A DNA stretch of 64,000 bases from Acidimicrobiales bacterium (GTDB taxonomy: Bacteria; Actinomycetota; Acidimicrobiia; Acidimicrobiales; RAAP-2): positions 16,186 to 80,185 of the forward strand of contig JBOGFT010000009.1 of the NCBI GenBank assembly GCA_050701895.1, in the 5' to 3' direction. The notes beneath the pieces are model-generated. The model did not search any database. It was not told the DNA's origin and saw only the letters and a program-made list of their open reading frames with translations. The position numbers and the translations under genes were made by a program. Below, piece by piece: positions 57,076 through 64,000 of the stretch (position 1 is the first letter of the stretch; each line of letters begins with the position of its first letter).

Positions 57076-57698
57076 TCGTCGCGCAGTTGCGTTACCGCTG
57101 AACGCACCTGCCAGTCGCGGTCCTCACTGGCGGCTTCGAGCGCGGCCTCAATGTCCGGTCCCTCGTAGTTGGCGAGCGCCACGATGGCGCGTCGACGAAT
57201 AGGCGCCTTGTCGCTCAGTGCAGCGATAATCACTTCGCGGGCGCGATCGTCGCCGATGGCCCCGAGTGAGGCGATGGCTGACTCGCGACACCGCGCGTCT
57301 TCGTGAGATCGGGCGATGGAGCTGAGCCTCTCAACCGAAGGGACGTAGGTATGTTCGCCCAGCGCGAAAGCCGCGGCGTCGACCACCAGGTCATCCGCGT
57401 CGCCGAGCAGCGTGATGACGATATCGAGAACGCCGTCATCGTCGAGTGTGGCGTGAGCGAGTTGCTCAAGGGCGTCACGTCGTACGTCAGGATCAAGGTC
57501 GTGCAGCACTTGACGCCACTGCGTGATGGTCATGAGGTTGAGGCGCACCATTCCGCGCAGAGAGAGTACCCGGTGACGAACAGTGTTCGAAGAGAGGTTC
57601 TCCTCGAGAAGTGCGCGACCGGCACCACTTGGTTGAAAACTGGCGCGCAGGAGATCGTGATCAAGCGGCTCAACTAGCGTTGGATCATCACCTGGCAC
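57072..57698 (-). CDS. HEAT-repeat protein
   Basis: Repeated D..VR..A...L units (DPDVRRDALEQLA, DEDARCRESAIASLG, DKAPIRRRAIVALA, DRDWQVRSAV). Its 3' end overlaps the mreB-like 3' end by 4 nt. Confidence 0.7.
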   Translation of the reverse strand: MPGDDPTLVEPLDHDLLRASFQPSGAGRALLEENLSSNTVRHRVLSLRGMVRLNLMTITQWRQVLHDLDPDVRRDALEQLAHATLDDDGVLDIVITLLGDADDLVVDAAAFALGEHTYVPSVERLSSIARSHEDARCRESAIASLGAIGDDRAREVIIAALSDKAPIRRRAIVALANYEGPDIEAALEAASEDRDWQVRSAVTQLRDD

Positions 57699-57722
57699 GA
57701 TCCCATTTCACCACCGAAACGG

Positions 57723-58826
57723 ATGAGGCCCCGTACCTGGGTGCCCATTGTCGCCGTCGCCGTGATCCTGATGGGGATTCTTGGTCTCCAGGCACACCAG
57801 TCCGGTGAGTACTCCATTACTCCCGCCCACGCCACGCCGGTCGCACCTTTGGTGAAGATCAGCGGGGTCGCCACAAACGCCCGCCCCGGCAAGTTCTTGC
57901 TGGTCGATGTGTATCTTCAGCCACTGTCCTCGTGGGAGTTGTTCTTGACCCACTTTCAATCGCACGTGCAGGTCGTGCCCGCGGACGAACTCACCGAACC
58001 GGGCGTGTCGACGAGCGAGCTGAACGCTCAGAGCTTTCTCGAGATGAGTGATGCCAAACAGGCGGCCGAGGTCGCCGCCTTTCGAGCGGTGGGCTGGCAC
58101 GTGCCGGCGAGGCTCATCGGAGCTGTGATCACGGGCGTCGTTTCGCCCTCGCCGGCCAGTCGCGCGGGACTCTCGGTTGGTGATCTCATTACCGGGGTCG
58201 GTTCGACATCGGTCGACTCGGACTGCCAACTGATCTCAACGCTGCATGACGTGACGGCAGGTACCCTCGAGACGCTCCATCTGGACAAGGTGAAGATCTC
58301 CAGCTCGGGCACTCTCTCCTACGACGCGCCCTCCACCCTTCGCGTCGCGACGGCCAGGGTCCCTGGCGATGTCCGTACGTCGGTCTGCCCGGGGGCGAGC
58401 GGCGTGGGTCGATCATTTCTCGGCATCGAACTCGAAAGCGGTTACGACTACCATCTCCCCGCGAGGGTGAGTATCGACACGGCCAACATCGGTGGGCCTT
58501 CGGCCGGACTTGCCATGACGCTGGCGTTGATGAACAAGTTGAGCCACGGCTCGCTGACCGGCGACCAACTTGTCGCGGCGACGGGCACTATGGCGCCAAA
58601 CGGTCAGGTGGGCGCCGTGGGGGGCGTCGAAGAGAAGGCCGTCGCCGCGCACGACAGCGGGGCGAAGTACTTCATCGTTCCCGATGGCGACGGCAACGTC
58701 GGCGCCGCACGTGCCGCGGATCAACCAGATCTGAAAATCCTGCCCGTGACGTCGTTGAAGGAGGCTTTGCGGGACCTGCGCAAACTCGGGGGAGCACGCC
58801 CGAGCCCCCTCACAAGGCCTTCATAG
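57723..58826 (+). CDS. PDZ-domain S16 (Lon C-terminal-like) serine protease
   Basis: An N-terminal anchor is followed by the PDZ-like SPASRAGLSVGDLITGVG. The Lon proteolytic motif is GGPSAGLAMTLAL and the lysine region is GGVEEKAVAA. Confidence 0.85.
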   Translation: MRPRTWVPIVAVAVILMGILGLQAHQSGEYSITPAHATPVAPLVKISGVATNARPGKFLLVDVYLQPLSSWELFLTHFQSHVQVVPADELTEPGVSTSELNAQSFLEMSDAKQAAEVAAFRAVGWHVPARLIGAVITGVVSPSPASRAGLSVGDLITGVGSTSVDSDCQLISTLHDVTAGTLETLHLDKVKISSSGTLSYDAPSTLRVATARVPGDVRTSVCPGASGVGRSFLGIELESGYDYHLPARVSIDTANIGGPSAGLAMTLALMNKLSHGSLTGDQLVAATGTMAPNGQVGAVGGVEEKAVAAHDSGAKYFIVPDGDGNVGAARAADQPDLKILPVTSLKEALRDLRKLGGARPSPLTRPS

Positions 58827-58863
58827 ACCGAGTTACGACGCCACAGCCCGTAGGCTGGAAGGA

Positions 58864-60534
58864 ATGGACGACCGCCGAACAGTCTCGACCACGCGCCAGT
58901 CATCGAGTGAAATCACTCGAGTGACCTTCACGACCCTTCGCAAGGGGGGCGTTGACCCCAACGAGGTTCGACTCCACCTGGAGGCCGCCGGCCGCGAGAT
59001 GGGCCACCTCGAAAGCCGCATCCGCGAACTTCAAGATCAACTGAGCGAAGCCCACCGCCAAGCGGAGAATCCGACCTTCGATGAGGCCACCTTGACCAAC
59101 GCTCTGGGCGCCCAGAGCGCGTCAATCCTGCGTTCGGCGCACGAAGAGGCGGGCCGGGTGACTGCCGAAGCCCAGGAACGCAGCGCTCAAGTCTTCACCG
59201 AGACCCAACAGCGCTCCGCCTCGCACCTCATTGAGGCCCAAGAGCGTGCAACCGCGCTCATCACCGAAGCCGAGAACATGTCGAACCAGATCGATCATGA
59301 TGCGCGCCTGGCGGCCGAGCGCCTCATCGACTCGGCGAAGGTGAATGGCGAAGCGCTGATCGATCGCGCCCGCGAGCAGGGTCGCGCGATAGTCGAGCAG
59401 TCGAACGAGGCTCGTCGCACGGTCCTCAATGATCTTGCTATCAAGCGCAAGGCCCTGCACCTGCAGATTGATCAATTGCGCGCCGCCCGCGACTCTCTGG
59501 CCACATTCGTGACCACTCTGCGCCAGCAGGTCGATGACATCCTTGCTGGCATCAACGGTTCTGATGAGGCGGCACGCGCGGCCGCCCTTGAGGCACTACG
59601 CTCGCACCCCGCGACGCCCGAGCCCACTGAAGAGGAACTCCTGGCCGGCACGCCGTTACGCGATGTGCCGGCGGACTCGTCCGAGTCCGGGGGCGAGAGC
59701 CGGCGCGTCGAGAAGAAGCCTGAGAAGCGACGTAGTGAGACGTCGCCCTCGCCCGGCGAGTCGCTGCTGGAAGATGACCCGTCGGGCACCGACGTCGTGA
59801 ACGAGATCTTCGCGCGACTGCGTAAGGCCACTTTGGAAGAACGCGGGGCAACTGCGCTCGCGCCAAAAAAGGCGGTCGCGCACAAGCCCGAGACGCCCGT
59901 CGGGGTCTTATTCCGTCACCGTGATGAGGCGCTGGAAGAGTCCCTCGGGGTGCTCACCCGTCGAGTCAAGCGGGTCTTGCAGGACGATCAAAACATCATG
60001 CTCGAGAGAATACGCAACGTGAAGGCGATGATCACTGACGAACTCGAAGACGAACTCGTCCAGCGCGCGCGCTACGCCGACGCCGCGAGCGAGGCCTTGG
60101 CTCTGTCAGCGCAAGCGGGTGTGGAGTTCGCGCGCAGCGAGGGCGGTGTCGCCGAGACGAGCGTCGAGCCTTCGCTGGTCGACGACTGCGCGGCCGACTT
60201 GGCGGTGACCATCGTGCTCGCGTTGCGCAAGCGCATCCTGTCCGAGTCGGCGGGAGATGGTACCGAGCGCGTAAATGCGGCCTATCGCGAATGGCGGGGT
60301 GCTCGTGTGGAGAGACTCTGCACCGACGCCGCCCGCCGCGCATTTCACCTCGGGGTCGTGACCGCCTCCAAGGGACGATCAATTCGGTTCTTCGCCGTGC
60401 CAAATGACGCGCCCTGTGATCTGTGCGCCCACGACTCCGAGGCGGGAGAGCGTCTCGCGGGAGAGAACTTTCCCAGCGGTTCGTCGTACCCGCCGCTGCA
60501 CGCGGGCTGCGCCTGCACTGTTATCCCCGTATAA
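58864..60534 (+). CDS. DivIVA-domain protein with coiled-coil middle and Cys/His-containing C-terminal domain
   Basis: The N-terminal F..LRKGGVDPNEVRLHLE is DivIVA-like. A long Ala/Glu/Arg/Gln coiled-coil region and a Pro/Glu/Ser linker follow. The C-terminus is ...CDLCAHDSEAGERLAGENFPSGSSYPPLHAGCACTVIPV. Confidence 0.75.
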   Translation: MDDRRTVSTTRQSSSEITRVTFTTLRKGGVDPNEVRLHLEAAGREMGHLESRIRELQDQLSEAHRQAENPTFDEATLTNALGAQSASILRSAHEEAGRVTAEAQERSAQVFTETQQRSASHLIEAQERATALITEAENMSNQIDHDARLAAERLIDSAKVNGEALIDRAREQGRAIVEQSNEARRTVLNDLAIKRKALHLQIDQLRAARDSLATFVTTLRQQVDDILAGINGSDEAARAAALEALRSHPATPEPTEEELLAGTPLRDVPADSSESGGESRRVEKKPEKRRSETSPSPGESLLEDDPSGTDVVNEIFARLRKATLEERGATALAPKKAVAHKPETPVGVLFRHRDEALEESLGVLTRRVKRVLQDDQNIMLERIRNVKAMITDELEDELVQRARYADAASEALALSAQAGVEFARSEGGVAETSVEPSLVDDCAADLAVTIVLALRKRILSESAGDGTERVNAAYREWRGARVERLCTDAARRAFHLGVVTASKGRSIRFFAVPNDAPCDLCAHDSEAGERLAGENFPSGSSYPPLHAGCACTVIPV

Positions 60535-60555
60535 ATAAGTCGTAGGCTCGTCCCC

Positions 60556-63453
60556 GTGCGAAGTTCCACTGACGTTCCCCAACGCCCGCGGCGCTTAGGA
60601 CGACTCTCCCGGCGGTTCTGGATCGGTATCATTCTCATCGTCATCCTGGTCGGGTTCCTGTCCCTGAGGAACTTGGCCGTGCTGTGGACCGATGAGATGT
60701 GGTTCTCCTCGGTCGGCCTCTCGAACGTCTTTTCCACGCTGTTTTTGATCAAAGTCGGCCTGGGACTGACCTTCGGAGCGATCTTTTTCTTCATCATGTG
60801 GGGCAACCTGCTCCTGACCGACCGCTTTGGCGCTCGTGATCTATCTTTTGACCCCGAGGACGAGGTCGTGCGGCGCTACCAGAACATCGTTCGTCCCTAC
60901 GCCCGTCGCATTTACGCGGCCATCGCCGTGTTGATGGGCCTGGTCGCGGGGCTCAACGCCACCGGTCAGTGGAATAATTACATACTCTTCACCCACTCCC
61001 AGTCGTTCCATAAGGTTGACCCGCTTTTCCATAAGGATCTGGGCTTCTACGTCTTCACGCTGCCCTTCGTCTCTTTTGTCATTACCTGGTTCCTCGTCGT
61101 CTTGATCATCGCCTTCGTCGTGACGGCGGGCTTTCACTTCCTGAACGGAGGGATTCGCACAACGAAGGTCTCCCCCCGCGTGTCGTCTCGGGTGAAGGCG
61201 CATCTGTCGGTGATCGGGGCGGCGATTGCCCTCATGAAAGCGGCGGGGTATCTGATCGCCAAGTGGGAACTCGTCAACTCGACCAACGGATACGTGCAAG
61301 GGGCCACGTACACCGACATTCACGCACGCATGCCCGCGCTCACCATTCTCTTTTGGCTCTCACTCGCCGCGACCGCAATCTTGCTCTACAACGTGCGCTC
61401 GCGGGGCTGGTCGCTGCCGGTGGTGGCGGTCGGCCTCTGGGCCTTTGTGGCTCTGGTCATTGGCGTGCTGTACCCGACCTTTCTTCAGGCTCTCAAAGTG
61501 AGCCCCAACCAGGAGTCGCTCGAGGCGCCCTACATTCAACGCAACATCGACGCGACGCGATCGGCCTTTGGACTCGACGATGTGCGATATCACTCCTTCG
61601 CCGGTGCGGCCTCGATCACCGCTTCAGAGATCAAAACCGATATGGCGACGCTCAACAACATCCGCCTGTGGGATCCCTCGAACAGCATCTCACTCGAAAG
61701 CGTCACGCGACGCCAGTCCATTCGCTCGTACTACACCTTCGCCAATCTCTCGGTTGACCGCTACTACATCAACGGGAAGCTCACCCCGGTCTTGATTGGC
61801 GCGCGCAACCTCGATAGCGCGGACTTGCCTTCCAACAGTTGGGTCAACCAGCACCTGCAGTACACTCACGGCATCGGGGCAGCCGTCGTGGCCGCGAACC
61901 AAGTTGACTCATCGACCGGCAATCCCGTCTTCGTCGTCTCGAACATTCCGCCCCAGTCGACGAACGGCTTGCCGACCCTGACCCAGCCCGACATCTACTT
62001 CGGCATCAATCTCAACGGCTGGGTCGTGGCCAACACCAAGCAGCCCGAACTCGACTACGAGGTCAACTCCGGTGCTCAAGCCGGCACGCCGGTGGACACC
62101 CACTACAAGAGCACCGGCGGAGTGCCCGTTCGGGGGATCTTCTCACGATTTGCCCTAGCCCTTCGTCTCGGCGACTTCAACTTCTTGATCTCGAATCAGA
62201 TCACCTCAAAGAGTCGAGTCATGTTCGTGCGCGACGTTCGCCAGATGGCCGAGAAAGCTGCGCCGTTTCTCTCCTTCGACTCACAGCCCTACGCCGTCAT
62301 CGCCAACGGGGAAGTGCAGTATGTCCTCGACGGGTACACGACGACCACCCAGTACCCCTACAGCGAGAACGCGAGCAACCTGGACATCGGCACCGGCGGT
62401 CTGCCCGGTAGCTTCAATTACGCTCGCAACGCAGTCAAGGTCGTGGTCAACGCCTACACCGGATCGATGAAGTTCTACGTGAACGACCCCAACGACCCGA
62501 TCATCAAGGCCTACCGCTCGGCCTTCCCCTCGATGTTCCTGCCGATGAGTGCGATGCCCTCAACGATTCGCACGCACCTGCGCTACCCCCAGGACCTGTT
62601 CTCGGTGCAGGCAGCGACCTTTGGCCGCTATCACATCACCAAGGCCAGTGCCTTCTACTCCGCGTCGGACCGCTGGGAGGTCTCGCCCACGACGGGCGCG
62701 GGCTCGCCGTCGAACACCCTCGCCAAGACCGTCACCTCAAACGCAGCCGGTCAGATTACCTCGGTCTCCAACACCCCCATGAGTCCCGTCTTCCAGGTCG
62801 GCTCTCTGCCCAACGCCGACCAGCAGCAGCTCCTTGAATCCATCGACTACGTTCCCTCTGGAAACTCTTCGACGGTCCAAAACCTGACGGCCTTCATGGT
62901 CGCGACCAGCGATCCCGACGACTATGGGCAGCTCAACGTCTACGAGACACCGCGTAGCACGACGGTGACAGGCCCCTTGCAGGCCGACTCAGAGATTGAA
63001 CAGGCCTCGTTGGTGTCGACGAAGATATCCCTGCTCGACCAGCATGGCTCTGAGGTCCTGCTCGGCAACATACTGACTGTGCCCCTTGACTCGACCGTGC
63101 TCTACATCCGCCCGATGTACACCACCAGCTCTTCAAACCCGTTGCCTCAGTTGCGCTACGTAATCGCGGTCTTCAACCAAGAGGTCAGCATCGAGCCGAC
63201 GCTCGACGCAGCGCTCTCGTCAGTCTTTGGCGCGAGCGTAAGCGGCGCCACCACGCCCCCGCCGTCCAAGACCAAGACGAAGACCCCGCCCAAGTCGACC
63301 GCCACGGCGCAGCAGGATCTCCGCGAGGCCTCGGCCGACTACTCGAACGCCCAGACTGCTCTCTCCAAGGGCGATCTCGGCCTCTATCAGCAGGACGTCA
63401 ACGCAATGAACGCGGCGTTGCGGGCCGCCCAGGCCGCCCTCACGGCGAAGTAA
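60556..63453 (+). CDS. UPF0182-family large membrane protein
   Basis: 965 aa with about 7 N-terminal TM helices and a large extracytoplasmic part. It includes YIQRNI, IRLWD, YVLDGYTTTTQYPYSE and LRYPQDLF, and a Pro/Thr/Lys-rich C-terminus. Confidence 0.85.
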   Translation: MRSSTDVPQRPRRLGRLSRRFWIGIILIVILVGFLSLRNLAVLWTDEMWFSSVGLSNVFSTLFLIKVGLGLTFGAIFFFIMWGNLLLTDRFGARDLSFDPEDEVVRRYQNIVRPYARRIYAAIAVLMGLVAGLNATGQWNNYILFTHSQSFHKVDPLFHKDLGFYVFTLPFVSFVITWFLVVLIIAFVVTAGFHFLNGGIRTTKVSPRVSSRVKAHLSVIGAAIALMKAAGYLIAKWELVNSTNGYVQGATYTDIHARMPALTILFWLSLAATAILLYNVRSRGWSLPVVAVGLWAFVALVIGVLYPTFLQALKVSPNQESLEAPYIQRNIDATRSAFGLDDVRYHSFAGAASITASEIKTDMATLNNIRLWDPSNSISLESVTRRQSIRSYYTFANLSVDRYYINGKLTPVLIGARNLDSADLPSNSWVNQHLQYTHGIGAAVVAANQVDSSTGNPVFVVSNIPPQSTNGLPTLTQPDIYFGINLNGWVVANTKQPELDYEVNSGAQAGTPVDTHYKSTGGVPVRGIFSRFALALRLGDFNFLISNQITSKSRVMFVRDVRQMAEKAAPFLSFDSQPYAVIANGEVQYVLDGYTTTTQYPYSENASNLDIGTGGLPGSFNYARNAVKVVVNAYTGSMKFYVNDPNDPIIKAYRSAFPSMFLPMSAMPSTIRTHLRYPQDLFSVQAATFGRYHITKASAFYSASDRWEVSPTTGAGSPSNTLAKTVTSNAAGQITSVSNTPMSPVFQVGSLPNADQQQLLESIDYVPSGNSSTVQNLTAFMVATSDPDDYGQLNVYETPRSTTVTGPLQADSEIEQASLVSTKISLLDQHGSEVLLGNILTVPLDSTVLYIRPMYTTSSSNPLPQLRYVIAVFNQEVSIEPTLDAALSSVFGASVSGATTPPPSKTKTKTPPKSTATAQQDLREASADYSNAQTALSKGDLGLYQQDVNAMNAALRAAQAALTAK

Positions 63454-64000
63454 TCAGTCGTCGCGGCGCTCGTCGAGGTGCCGATAGGGGTTGAGCAGTC
63501 CTTTGGGGTCGAAGACGTTTTTGATCTTGCGCTGGAGCGCCACGAGAGCCGGGTCGGTGAGCGCGAGGTAGGCGTCTCGCTTGTCCACGCCGAGTCCGTG
63601 TTCGCCCGACACAGCGCCGCCGAGCTCCACGCCGGCACGAAAAAGATCGAGCAAGAGTTCTTCACGGCGTCCGTCGTCGGGTTGAAAGACCGACAGGTGC
63701 ACATTGCCATCACCCACGTGCCCGCACCCTGCGACGTACGCGCCGTGGCGCTCCGCCAGGGCGGACGCCACTTCGAGGAACTTGGGCACAGTCGAGCGCG
63801 GGACGACGATGTCGATGATCTCATTGGCGCCAGCGGCCTTGGTGAGCCAAAAAGTGCGCTCCCTGGCCTGAATGAGCTGACTGGCCGCCGCCCCTTCGAG
63901 CACGTAGACGTCGAGCGCCCCGGCCTCACCGACGAGCTCCGCCGCGGCTTCGAGATCCGACTCGAGTTGATCGCGACCTCTCGTCTCGAGCACCACAATG
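63454..64000 (-). CDS. FAD-linked oxidase (GlcD-like), C-terminal part; 5' end outside window
   Basis: The C-terminal domain pattern SGEHGLGVDKRDAY...KNVFDPKGLLNP matches the family. The ORF is open to the right window edge. Its stop directly abuts the UPF0182 stop (convergent). Confidence 0.8.
   Translation of the reverse strand, partial: IVVLETRGRDQLESDLEAAAELVGEAGALDVYVLEGAAASQLIQARERTFWLTKAAGANEIIDIVVPRSTVPKFLEVASALAERHGAYVAGCGHVGDGNVHLSVFQPDDGRREELLLDLFRAGVELGGAVSGEHGLGVDKRDAYLALTDPALVALQRKIKNVFDPKGLLNPYRHLDERRDD

Noticed and set aside
1-64000. Whole-window scan for rRNA, tRNA, CRISPR arrays, IS elements, prophage genes and known defence-system signatures
   Set aside because: I saw no repeat-spacer periodicity, no transposase, integrase or recombinase-like translations, and no nuclease/helicase/methylase clusters beyond HelD. 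The AAA+/vWA pair is reported as a finding, but there is no evidence it is a defence system.

Overview
High-GC (about 63-68% in sampled lines) chromosomal segment. WhiB regulators, a diheme QcrC with QcrA/QcrB, UPF0182 and very frequent 4-nt start/stop overlaps point to an actinobacterium; a finer assignment cannot be supported from sequence alone. Most of the window is core respiratory metabolism. It holds two heme-biosynthesis operons: hemA(partial)-C-D-B-L on the + strand at 1-5133 and hemE-H-Y on the - strand at 27821-31221. It also holds a complete 14-gene complex I operon (nuoA-N, 7625-22736) and ctaE-qcrCAB (34134-38208). Further features are a histidine-utilisation set (hutG-like, hutH, hutU, hutI), HelD, two WhiB genes and a glutamate formimidoyltransferase-like gene. 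The right end carries a cell-envelope/morphogenesis-flavoured cluster: a PDZ protein, an MreB-like protein, a HEAT-repeat protein, a PDZ-S16 protease, a DivIVA-domain protein and UPF0182. I found no rRNA, tRNA, CRISPR array, transposase or integrase. No clearly new multi-gene system stands out. The observations most worth follow-up are listed here. (1) A lower-GC three-gene cassette (GntR regulator, serine hydrolase, NCS1 permease) splits the hut genes. (2) A roughly 1000-aa membrane protein fuses a degenerate metallophosphoesterase-like module to an MprF-type aminoacyl-phosphatidylglycerol synthase C-domain. (3) A beta-carbonic anhydrase gene is decaying. (4) An orphan ChlI/ChlD-like AAA+ and vWA gene pair has no large chelatase partner in the window. 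(5) A divergent MreB paralog has a degenerate phosphate-2 motif and no mreCD. (6) A DivIVA-domain protein ends in a phage Mu gpF / SPP1 gp7-like Cys/His signature. (7) An ATP-grasp gene is translationally coupled to nuoN. All functional calls come from reading the supplied translations and recognising family motifs; no database search was run. Many long ORFs opposite the real genes are high-GC shadow ORFs and were rejected.
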